DNA from: Fistulifera solaris
Lineage: Eukaryota
Reading direction: 5' to 3'
Assembly: GCA_030295235.1 (NCBI GenBank)
Contig: AP026126.1
Location: 1,364,001 to 1,428,000 of the forward strand
Length of the DNA stretch: 64,000 nucleotides
The position numbers were made by a program, and so were the translations under genes. Position 1 is the stretch's first letter. Each line of letters opens with the position of its first letter. The notes below the pieces were generated by a model. That model saw only the letters and a program-made list of their open reading frames with translations, did no database searches and was not told the DNA's origin. Shown here one piece after another: positions 37,339 through 48,627 of the stretch.

Positions 37339-37419
37339 CATAAGACCGGCACTCTAACCACTGAGTTACTAGGGCATTAGCAATACCCTAGACGGGGTTT
37401 GAACCCGTGGCCTCCGGCT
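37339..37419 (-). tRNA. tRNA-Ile(TAT): Circularly permuted tRNA-Ile(UAU): 3' half 37419-37384, 8-nt spacer, 5' half 37375-37339
   Basis: The joined halves give GCCCTAG TA ACTC AGTGGTTA GAGT G CCGGT CT TAT G|A GCCGG AGGCC ACGGG TTCAAAC CCCGT CTAGGGT A. All four stems pair, invariant residues are present and the discriminator is A. Confidence 0.92.
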
Positions 37420-38968
37420 CACTAGCGTTAGGATTAATTATCTTATCCCCAACTCCCGTGTGGATATTAGCAAAACGCGACATTTTTATTGTATATAAAA
37501 TGTACAAATCTATAAAAAGCACATAAAACAAATTATCTGGTGATGTAGTTCATCCGTAACTTTTCTTTTCAACCGTTCCACCTCAAAATTCTCACCCTGG
37601 TCACTATCAGCGCCATGGTCGTATAGTCAAAACAGGTTTGCGAAATCGTCGGAGGCACTATTTGCACGTCAAAGTTTATGCGGTTTCAATACAAGTGCTT
37701 CTTTCGATGCTCTACTGCTCTTTCCCTTGCTTGCTCTTCCCCCAAATCTGGAGTAGAAAATATGCTGGTCTTGGAATTGAACCAGTGGGTCTGCTTGGTG
37801 TATATTCACAACCCAATGCCACCCAGGAAGCGTGTTTACTGGCGTCCTTGTGGGTCCTGAAAACACCAAGTACTGTCGTTGCCCTTCTGTTTGATGTTTC
37901 TTTTGGTTGTTGGCTTGATGGATAACCCCTAGCGGCAGGAGATTTCCACATCTATTGTTTGTACAGTCTATGTCAGCATGGTACATGTTTGGCCTCTCTT
38001 CAATTTTTTCCAGTATGACATTCAACGGCGAATCAAGAGAAACTTACAGTCCTCCTTATAACACCCGCAACCGTAAAGTGATCTGAAATGAAATTTTCCC
38101 ATCCACTGTGCTAACCTTCATTTGGATGGGGACGTGTCTTCGGGTTAGGGAGTTATAGGCATACGTCTATTCGTCATTGACATGTAGAAAGAGGCTTTCC
38201 CGCCAATTATCAATGCCTTTGCGGAAGCGATTCATGTCGCGAAACAGTGTGTGTGTATCATACATTTTCTTCTTTTCAATATCAGAAGAAATTCAGAAGA
38301 AGATTCTGATGAGTCTCGATGGCCTTTCAACAGGCAAATGATAGTAAAACTTACCTTTTGTTTTGCATCAGATTGTGTTTCTTGTTGTTATCTGACCGAG
38401 AAATCCAAGCTGGCTTTTCAGTTCGACCGTCGTAAATTGTCAATAAAGACCGACAAAGCACATCTCAACATGACAATTTTGTGGCTCTCCAAGACTGATA
38501 TCCCTCAACCTATTTTCAATGCTCTGAGAGGGTTCCTTTTAATTCAATTGCAATATTCCAACTGTCCTCATTGACAGAGAATGGTTGAAGAGACATGTTT
38601 TGCGAGTTGCGAAATGTGTGTCGGTGCGCCAAGGAGAACTGTCCCAATTTCCGGCCTTTGTCATACATGTTAGCCCGGCTTCAACTAAAACAATACAAAA
38701 GAATCACTAGAGTCGCGATCAAACTATCATTCTTCGACGAAAAATACTGTCAGAACTAGCATCGTTGTCGAAATGAGTGTACTGTTAAGCTGTATGTACA
38801 AAATAAGAGTTAAGGATATCTCCGCGAACAGCAGCTGTAATAAAGCGACCATGGTGACCAGTAACCACACATCATGAATATGAAAAAGTGTGGCCGTTTC
38901 TGTCGCCTCCGCATTTTTACAAACAATCTTCATTCGAATTACTTCATCCTGGCTTACCGATAATACAA

Positions 38969-39347
38969 ATGGTAAAACGATTATCGATCGCAGGGCGAAA
39001 CCCGTGACCGAATTGGAATCGCGTTCTAAACTTTATTCTTTTGCAGATCTTCCTTTCTTTCTTCCAAAACGCTGGTTGGCAAAGAGGTGGCTGTGGAGTT
39101 AAAAAATGATGTGGTAATGATGGGGACACTTCATAGCGTAGACCAGTATTTGAATGTAAAATTGTTAAACGTTCAAGTCGTTCAGCCAGAAAAGTATCCG
39201 CAACTTACGGCTTTACAGAGTTGCTTTATTCGAGGAAGCGTCGTGCGGTATATCCAAATTCCACCGGAACACGTTGACACCGAATTGTTGCAAGACGCAG
39301 CGCGCAAAGAAAATGCACCCGCTTCTGCTAAGGCAGTGAAATCTTGA
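38969..39347 (+). CDS. LSM2: U6 snRNA-associated Sm-like protein LSm2
   Basis: ATG-only first exon, intron 38972-39046, then IFLSFF..TLVGKEVAVELKND...GTLHSVDQYLNVKL...CFIRGSVVRY...VDTELLQDAARKE. 1-nt slip near 39066. Confidence 0.92.
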
Positions 39348-39433
39348 GATTAGCGACGTCGTTAATGAAGAATGGGGACAAGTTTCGATTAAAATGAAAT
39401 TATTATCTTATTGGACATACGAATTAAGTTATA

Positions 39434-42025
39434 TTATTGAGAAGATTTGAGAACTTCTACAGTGAGGACCCAAAATTTAGTACCAACGTGCAGCCCGTAT
39501 GGATTCGCATCAGTCCCTATTTCTCCAGCAACAAGCTCTTCTTGGTAAATAATGCGGCCAAGGACAAAGTCGGGTGACCCCTTGATGCAATCGGTCGACA
39601 GGTAACGATGCGGACAATTCGTATGAAACGCAAGATACATCCGCTTGCCCCCTGTACCGCGACCAGTAGGCATGAAGAGACCAACATCCCCTATGCGGAA
39701 GCTGCTATGACTTATTTTGTCATTGAGCTGATTCGATGCCTCTAATTGATGCGTCGCTTTTTCCAAAAGAACCTTGGTCTTGTCTAGTTCTTTTCGAAGG
39801 GCCACAACTTCCTCTCCGGCAACATCAGCCGCACCATCCTTAGCGCGTGCTTCTTCAATGTAGGCTCGAGGTGGCTTGGCGCCTAAGCGTTCCAAAGTTT
39901 GTCGCAGGATGCAGTTCTCGTAAGCGAGAGTCTTTGCTTCGGCCTCAATAGCAGTGTTTGAAGCAGGATCGAGAATGATCTCATCTCCACTTTGTTCATC
40001 CGCACTGACAATCAAGTGTTCCGGCTGTTGAGCTGGTTCTTGCCCCGCTACCGCGGCACTTGTCATCATATTCGCACTTTGCTGCGGGTGATGACTCTCG
40101 GTGGTAAGTGTTGATGCACTGCCCCCTCCTTGCTCGGCAACTGTGGCGCTTTGCTGCATCAAAGCATCTGCGGCTGAATCCGCAGCGGACGACATCCCAA
40201 CGTTTGGTATTGTGTCCAACTCCACTAGCGCCGGAAGCTGCGGTGTAAACAAGGGAGGAGGTGTAGCCAAAGTAGGTACAAAAATGTCATAAAACGCCGG
40301 CATCAAATGTCGCCCTGCCCCCCTCAAAAACTTTTCTCTCGCTCGGACCTCGTCATCTCTCATTGCCGCCACGCGATCCATCATCGCTGTTGCCGACGCC
40401 ATGACCGCCTGACCATAGGCTCGGCGACGGCGGAGCTCCGACAGGAAGACTCGATACGATTCAGGAAGTTCAGAAACATGTTCTAAGTGAATCATATTTT
40501 CGGCTTGCTGCACAAGCGCTTCCCGAAGAACACCAACGCTAGACAGAACTTTCTGTATCGATGACTGAGCCACACTGACTTCCCGCAGCCTGGCTTTCAT
40601 ACGCCTCATCATACGATTCTTTGCATCAGCCACACTCGCCATCAATTCTTTAAGTTGTTCATCATCTTTCCGCATTTGCGAAACCAAATCCTTTGTCGAA
40701 TTCGACATCTCGCGAAGAGGAGTAAAAACATTCTGTATCTCGTCATCGCTCTGAGAGTTCATAGCATGCGTTATCCTTTGAACAGCATCCCGATGAGCAT
40801 TTCTTAGCATATCCAGTCGCTGCGCTTGCGCTTCATTTATATTTTGGACTGCCTCTTCAACTTTTGACCAAAGGTTGTTGATTTCGTTTTCGGCGTCGTG
40901 ATCTCTTTGTGCAATATCTTCACGGGAAGACGGAGAAGCAAGCTGATTGAATGTGATTTCAAGCTCTCCAAAAGGGAAAGGAGCCTCTGATGAGAATGTA
41001 GGCATTGCGTAGCCCATGCTCGCTCACGCTCTACAGGAACCGTGTCAAGGAGGTTATCCATATTGCGTCCAGCAGCTCGTGCTATCGACACTAATGATGG
41101 ATGCAAAGGGATTGTAGCCAAATTCGAAAGAATAGAATCAAAGCGCTGCAAAAGAGCTCCGTGTGCGGACGTTTTTGCTTGAAAGTTTGCCGTAAATTCT
41201 GCACGTGTTCGGGCCGCCCCATGATAATGGTCTGAAAGATTCGAGACTGCGGCACGCAGAGATCTAGCCATGACCGCCTGCTCCTGCACGCATGATCGAC
41301 AAGCTGCCATGCGAAGATCTGCCCCGTCGGCTAAAACACGCCCTTGGGACATGTGAAGCATAAATTGTCGTTCAAAAGCAAACAAGGGAAGATGCAAAGG
41401 CGGGGCCCCGCTGGGATCGAGCGACAAAGGACTCGGTCCAGGTGCTTCCGTTGGTAGCGTAAGAGTAGTGGGTTCCAGATGACATATAGGAGGGTCGGGT
41501 GCATTTTCAGACAAATCAAGCTTCGAGAATAGAAAAAGGCGTTTCGCACCCGAACGCTCAGATCTTGTCAAAAGAGTTCTTGGTTTAGTGACATCTTCTT
41601 GGATGGGGTCATCTTCCATATCCCCCAGACGCAAAGCATTTAATATTTCCTCTGATTGTAAAGTTGTATTTTTGGGGACTTTGTACGGTGGTCCTAAAAG
41701 AAGAATTTGATTTTGTGGAGGGACAGCAGCGGCCAAATGACTGCGAAGATTTGTCACCCTGCGAAGCAAGAGGCCCATCAGAGAATACGATACAGAACGA
41801 TGGAGGAAGTACAGGACCGCACTTCTATACGAAGCAGTTTCGGAATCAAAAGAGAAACATGAACAGAATAGCATTTCCATCATCTATCACTACCAAGAGT
41901 CTTCCGCAGTCACAGAAATTGCTGACTTACGTGAGTTCTGAAAGCTGCAGCTTTATCTTATAGGTCATCCCTGTACTCGCAGCGAGCACGCGTATCGTCA
42001 CCGACTGCGAATGATTGCTTGTCAT
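39434..42025 (-). CDS. ATG11: Autophagy-related protein 11 (RB1CC1/FIP200-like)
   Basis: N-terminal ubiquitin-like region (IRVLAASTG, VPPQNQILL, RLFLF), coiled coil with ELRRRRAY, and C-terminal Atg11 domain (ISHSSFRIGDVGLFMP, YLAFHTNCPHRYL, FVLGRII, NPYGL). Intron about 41763-41930; slip near 40975. Confidence 0.85.
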
Positions 42026-42891
42026 GATTATTTGTGCATTCTAATAAAAATAAGATTAGATGTCAAGGAGTAGGAACTGCATCAACGCCTCAAGTCAAAC
42101 ATGTTTTCTTTCACTCTCCTGTCAAGCAGACGAAATAAAAAACACAACGAAAACGCGGCGAAACCAAGACCTGAATACTTTGTACGAAGAAGCAGACTGC
42201 ACTTACCGCTACGACTTTTACATACATCATTGTAGAACCGCTTCTCCTATTTATAAAACATGCTAGGAGTCTTGTTCTTAATTTGCCGCATTTTTTTAAA
42301 TGGAAGACGAGGAAGGTGACACAGGAAAAGCGAGAATTCTGTCCTCGTGCTATTGTGATCTTTGAGGCTTTTTGATTGCCGGGACTGAAAACCTGTTGAG
42401 TTGAAATCGCGAGTGTCATACTTTGTAAAAGATTTGTAAAGACAGTAACAGCAATCTTGAAATAGCCGTACCAATGGACCACGAGTAAATTAATGAAAGT
42501 GATACAAATGGCGGTGCCACAAAAGTCGCGTCAATTTGATTAAAGAGAGAGCCTGGCGTTGGAGGAAAGTACTTGAACAAGTCCACAACGACCAAGGTGA
42601 CGCTACTGACTTCCAAAAGCCCCAGAATCTCAGATTTTCTGTGAACGTAAAAACACCACATCCATAGATTTTCTGTGGACGTGTTGACACGACATCCACA
42701 TACTCGGAGTAATATTTCCGCCCACGTGAAGACACGAAATACACAGATTTTCTGTATACTCATCAAGACAACAAGAACATTGAAACCATGAGGACGACGA
42801 CTGACTTTCAAACTTTGCAAAAACTTAATTGCTATTGCCTTTGTAACAACTATCGAGGAGTCGTATTCACAAATTATATATTCGATGATTC

Positions 42892-43518
42892 ATGTCGTGC
42901 CCTAATGACTTGCACCACCAAACGGCTGCACTGACAGCGATTGAGGCGACATGTGACAACGATCTTCGGGTGCCTTACTTTTGTGAAGAAAACGTCTGGC
43001 GCCTCTGCTACCGCAAGATGCGCGAGCAGCCTGACAATCACTTCTTTGCTGTGTTTATCTCCAATAGCAAGCAATGTGTACCAATCTTTCATCAACTTGC
43101 CGCCTCGGATCCTAGTAAGCCTTGCTGTTGGGATTATCATGTTATATTGCTTTGCGCAACGCGGAGCGATGGAGTTTTTGTTCATGACATCGATAGTACC
43201 TTGCCGTATCCAACCCCGTTACAGACCTATCTCGAACTGTCTTTTCTACAAGACGAAACCTCGCCGTTTGCTCCTATGTTTCGAGTAGTCCCTGGACACG
43301 TCTACATCCGAGAATTTGCCAGTGATCGTAGTCACATGTACAATGCCGAAACGAATAGCTGGAATGCCGCTCCGCCTACCTATGATTGCATCAATATGAG
43401 CCACGGCAGACACAGTACGTTTATACAGTATAACGATTTTGCTCATGATAATGCGCGAAAGCAAGATCCCATTATGTACGGAGCCGTTATTACGAAAAAA
43501 AGATCTGGAGGGGTATGA
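42892..43518 (+). CDS. NTAQ1: Protein N-terminal glutamine amidohydrolase
   Basis: YFCEENVWRL, AVFISN, WDYHVIL, DIDSTLPYP and FASDRSHM. Confidence 0.93.
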   Translation: MSCPNDLHHQTAALTAIEATCDNDLRVPYFCEENVWRLCYRKMREQPDNHFFAVFISNSKQCVPIFHQLAASDPSKPCCWDYHVILLCATRSDGVFVHDIDSTLPYPTPLQTYLELSFLQDETSPFAPMFRVVPGHVYIREFASDRSHMYNAETNSWNAAPPTYDCINMSHGRHSTFIQYNDFAHDNARKQDPIMYGAVITKKRSGGV

Positions 43519-43600
43519 TTACATTGGAGTCGAATAAAAGAAGTGTTAGGTATCGCAACGACGATCGTTCTGCTGTTTCTTGATCAAAATTTACGTTCGA

Positions 43601-44565
43601 CTATGAAAAAGCCATCTTGATTCCTGCTTTGGTGCTTAAATGGTTGGCAAGGACTTCGCATGCGACAGCCATGGAATGAGGATTTTCATTGTTGACAATC
43701 ACATCCGCTTTGTATTTGGAGGGTTCGACGAACTGTAATAGAAAGTGAGAAACAGCCGGGTTGTTGCGATGTCCCGACTAGCTTTTCAACGTACCATCTC
43801 GTGCATGGGACGAACCGTTTCATTGTATTGACAAAGGACATCATCGACTGTGCGTCCTCTTTCTCGTAAATCTCTCGAAAGACGACGAACTAAACGAATA
43901 TCTGCCGCAGCATCCTGCAATTGTAAACGAGAGAATGAGTCGGTAATTCATTTGCTCGACTCGGCAAATCATTTACTTTCACGTAACGCACCACGTAGAC
44001 CATGACATCCAATTCTCGTCTTAGATTTTCATCGCTCAGAATGAGAATACCCTCAACCAAAATAATTTTCTGCGGTGTCACACTTTGAGTTCCTTTGGCT
44101 CGCGTGTGTGACGCAAAGTCCCATAGCGGTACATCCACAGCTTCGCCTCGCTTGAGACTTTGAATATGTTCGATCAATAGCGATGTTTCCAGCGAATCCG
44201 GATGATCGAAGTTGTTTCGAGCCCGGTCTGTGGGTGTTAGATGTGAAAGGTCCCGATAGTACGAGTCATGGTGCAAATAGGATACATTCTCACTTTCGTC
44301 GAGTTTCTGGAAAAGGCGATGGGCTAAGGTTGTCTAATTATGGCGCGAGGCAAAATTAAAATGTAAGAAACGCTTCTCACTAAGAAAGAAGTTTGACGAA
44401 AACTCTCAATCTTACTTTGCCAGCTCCTGTTCCTCCCGCGATGCCTTGTTGTTTGCAATTGATGTAAGCAATGAAAGCATTGTAAAGAAGCAGGTGAGTA
44501 GGGACTGTGACGACCTTTTTCAGGGATCATTCCAACGTACCAATGGTTACAACTGGAATCGGCAT
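43601..44565 (-). CDS. Uridine/cytidine kinase (several introns)
   Basis: ATG 44565 [19 protein letters not shown]-loop. Also [46 protein letters not shown] and [13 protein letters not shown]. About four short GT-AG introns. Confidence 0.9.
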
Positions 44566-45090
44566 TTTCTGTGATATTCTTCTTTTCGTAAATAAATTTC
44601 GCGTAGTTTTTGTTGGCTAAGCTACAAAAGTCTAACTGATTGCTTTGTTGCAAATTTGTTTTTCTCGTTTCGTCGTCCTGCTATTTTGGCATTTGTCTGC
44701 CGATAATGAGGGTGCAGGAGGGTCGACGAGGAGTCGTCGACGAGAGAGGATGATAGGTGCGCAGGGGGCAGGGGGCGACACAATCCTACAAAACTAACCA
44801 TTGTGCTGGTACCAGTACGTCTTCACATTGCTATACGGAGAAAGACCTAAAAACGTCGCAATACAAGCTAGGGAGAGAAAAAGCGACAAGCAACAAGACT
44901 TGGAAGTCGACGGATCGCCTCGTGACTCGTGACCTTCGTTTGCAAGAAAGAGACGCGAGTGCACATGATTCTAATTCAGCTCATGCCTTTAAGCGACTTT
45001 GATCCACTCACCAGTTTGTCCTTTGGCTTACTTAATTAAATTCTTTCAAAGCTTTTATTGTCCGATGAACCATAGAATTGAAGATTTGTA

Positions 45091-47552
45091 ATGCCAGCCA
45101 TTTTACTTTTTTCGAGAAGGACCGCGTTAGGGGGAGACGACCTTCAGCCTGCCGCATTTGTGTCTATTATTCTCCGCATCGGGCAGTTCTTGGTGCTACT
45201 AATCCCCATATTCGCACGAATGCGTCTAGATGTAGTACGAGCCGGTGGATTTATCGAATATCTCCTTTATGATCCCAATGACCAAGATTCGACTTGTCGC
45301 AATTCACATTTCTACTGCTTATTGACGTTGATTTATGCTCTCTTGACAGCATTATACATTATTGCTGCTATTATTCTTGACCAGAGAATAGCTTTCTGGT
45401 CCAGTCAAGGTTCACCGACCGAGCGTGAACCTCGATCATCCAAAGTCGCCCATTTACTTGAATTGAAGCTACTACCTGTTACAATTGTGCTCCTCCTCGT
45501 TTGGGCAACAGGCTTGAGCACAATATCTACTGGAAAACGGTACTACCGTTGCGTGTACGAAAGCGAATTGGCCCATGATCCAACTTCCACGCCAGTTGTT
45601 TACTGGTGGGTCCCGTTGGTTATATTGCTGTCCTTGCAATTCACCGAGATGCTGTTTTCTTGGAGATTCCTTTTCGGTCTGTGTCGACAACCGAGAGTAA
45701 TAAACTCCGCATCATGGCATGGAGACGAAGAAGCCTATTTAACGGATCCAGTCAATCACGAACTGATTGAGGAAATGTGGGCGGAACGATGTGCTTCATT
45801 TTGCCAGTGTTTGTCGTGGATGAGCTGCTTTCTGTTTGGAGGACGCGAGTTAGCAGGGCAAGCTGAATTCGGAGACGTGGCTAGAGCGCTAGCAGATTAC
45901 CTTGAGTATCGAGGAGTGCTAGATGTAGTGCCATCGGATATTGTCACTGGGCTGATCCTCGTCCGAAATATTCAGCAAGAAAGGATTTTGAATTATCGAA
46001 GAGAATTGCGATCGAAAGCCACTAGCACGTTGAGCACAGCATCAACGCCAGAGGGACGTACATATACGACCGAAACTGGCGAAGACAGCGGGCTACTGGG
46101 AAGTGATACTGTGTCACCTATCAATCTTCCAGCTGCCATCAGTTCTACTCAACCACTAATGGATGAAATTGATCCACTCGACCCAGCTGATCGAAATGGA
46201 AGGCTACTGGACAGAAATAGTTTTTCGGATATGCAATGTTTAGAAGAAGGCGCCCGCTACGCTAGTTACGCGCTAGCAATCTACACGTGGGTTTTGTACG
46301 TCTATGAGCGCCCAATTTCCGGTCCGTTCGAACTCTTGGGTCGGGGGTGCATAGCATGCTGTCGAGGAAAATACAAAAGAGCGCACTCTCCGGACGGACT
46401 GAACATATCAGGGGAGAATGAGATTGTTGAAATAGGAGAAGCTGAGTTCCATGGCGATAATATGTGCCGCACACACCGCAATGCATTACTCCTCAGTGCA
46501 AATCTGTCCGACGCTGACTTGGTATATGCTCAGTTGCGCAGCGGCTTCCGCGATAACCCATACTGCATAATTTTAGACCACGCATGGAAGACGGTGGTCG
46601 TTTCGATTCGAGGACTTTTAGTCTGGAGGATTGTGTGACCGATGTCTTAATTCAACCGGAGTCACTTGAGAAACTTGGTGTAGATTTTGGCTTTAACGGA
46701 CACGGACAATTCTGCCATGGTGGAGTTATGAATTGCGTACGAAACATTTACAGAGACTTGGAAAGGCATCACCTCCTTGAGAGACTTCTACTGGGACCAA
46801 ATGCTGCATACCCTGACTATTCGCTGCGAATAGTCGGTCACAGTTTAGGTGCGGCAACTGGTACGCTTCTTTCTTACATGCTACGGAATAAGTACCCAAA
46901 TCTGAGGTGCTTGAATTATTCGCCAGTAGGCTGCGCATTCACATGGGATCTGGCAACTGGTTGCTCTGAATGGTGCGACTCTTTTTTTGTTGACTCAGAT
47001 ATTGTACCCAGACTTTCACTTGAATCAATGGACAAGCTCCGTGATGATATGCTTGAAGGAATTGGACGGCTCAAGGTGCCGAAGATTCACGTTGCCCGCC
47101 GCGCCGTTGGTCACTACGGTTTACTCGCGTGTGGTGACTTTTGTTACAGATTTTTTTCAGATGAACATGCCTTACAAGATACGGCAGAGCTTCTACATGA
47201 ACCTGAAAATGTGCCTGATTCTGCGTTTCAAGATCAGTTATCTCGATTTAAGTTGATGCAAGCTGAACGAAAGCGTTCTCGAGGTGTGATTCGTTCCACC
47301 AAGCTCTATCCTCCTGGTCGTATGATCCACTTGGCAAAAATAGGAGAAAAGCGATCTTGTCTTCACGGATGCGCTAGATGCTTGACGTGCTGTTCGACCA
47401 GTTTCGGCTCCGAATACGTTCCGGTGTGGGTCAGGAATGACGAGCTTCACGAAATTGTGGTAAGCCCAACAATGGGCACGGACCACTTTCCGAATCGTTT
47501 GCGCAAAATACTTGTTGATGTTGCATCGAGTCATGGAATGAATGCTTCCTAG
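45091..47552 (+). CDS. sn1-diacylglycerol lipase-like protein (4 TM + class 3 lipase)
   Basis: MPAILLFSRR..GGDDL start, four TM helices, LDVVPSDIVTGL, VVVSIRG(T)FSLEDCVTD (slip near 46616), IVGHSLGA, DIVPRLS, LYPPGRMIHL and DHFP. Confidence 0.88.
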
Positions 47553-48041
47553 GCTCGCGTCTATGATCATCTGAACTTTCTATGCTTACCACTTTGCTGG
47601 TGTCCTTAGCTATCCATCAATTATCCATGCATACTCAAAGAGATAAGCTAAATGGGCGGAAGGAAAGGGCGCGGACGGAGTTGCGACAGTGAAAGGATTT
47701 TCTCTGACGACGGTGCCCGATTAAGGAGGCTTTGGCTCCCGAAGACCCTACATAGCAATTCGAATTCCAAATACAGATGATAGGTGATCGGTGGCAGATG
47801 ATAGGATCACGATTTAGAAACGTTAGTTGTAGAGTCTAGAGTTCTAGGTTCTAGGTTTTCATCACGCAACACTACAAGAGCTACTGCTATGGTTAGTCGT
47901 AGTCTATTAATACTTGTCATTTATTTGTTGCAGGCTCCAAGTCCTGCAATAACAAAAAACGAAGGAATCGGAAGGAAGAACTAAGCAGCGAGCGGCCAGC
48001 GGGGCGTAAGGCGTAAACGAGTTGCACGATGTTTATGATGA

Positions 48042-48128
48042 TACGGGAAGGACGTTAAAATTCTTCCTCCCAGTACAAGATTCTACGTAGCGTCTACAAC
48101 GAGGCAGAATTTTAACGCCGTTCCCGTA
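48042..48128. mobile_element. 28-bp imperfect inverted repeat with a 31-nt loop; MITE-like element or hairpin
   Basis: Left arm tacgggaaggacgttaaaattcttcctc versus reverse complement of the right arm tacgggaacggcgttaaaattctgcctc (3 mismatches). Both outer ends are TA. Confidence 0.5.
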
Positions 48129-48627
48129 CCTGGTAATTTAAAGCGGACTAAAAAGGATAAAGAATCGTCGATGGTCTTGTGTCCAACAGGCCCTAAAGAC
48201 TGTGAGGAGTACTTTTGAATCATGAATTCGTTGAGATACAGTTAGCCAAGGGGCCGTTAAGACTCAAGAAAGCCCATAAATCCCACTCCTTCAAACACAA
48301 GAGTGAGGTCGTCAGATGTCCGATGTCCTCTGTCCGAAACCGGAAAGGTCATTGTGAACTTTTTACGCTCTGACTGTTACACATTCCATCCGTTGCACAT
48401 TAAAAATCATTGCGATAGCTGAGAGCATTCTGCGCTTTGCCGAGGTCGTGAAGCGTGAAAGTCGTCAAGTGACCGTTTTCTTTGACGGCACGAACAAAAC
48501 GCATGCCGATCCCCGCTCACAAAACCCACCGTTTATCGTTTCTTTCATAGAAGTAGGACCCGTCCAAATCATTTTTAGCAGCACCCTCTTTCATAACCAA
48601 CCAAAGTTTCCTCTCTAGGAGCTAGCA

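Noticed and set aside
37339..37419. Ordinary intron-containing tRNA or two tRNA pseudogene fragments
   Set aside because: The halves are in reverse order, with no 5' half upstream and no 3' half downstream. They complement each other exactly and have pairing flanks.
37520..38940. Short ORFs between the tRNA and LSM2 (37669-38025, 38251-38574, 38727-38933)
   Set aside because: No recognisable motif or consistent frame. They may be decayed coding or transposon DNA, but I cannot support a call.
42060..42860. Overlapping short ORFs upstream of NTAQ1
   Set aside because: No domain signal; likely intergenic or remnant sequence.
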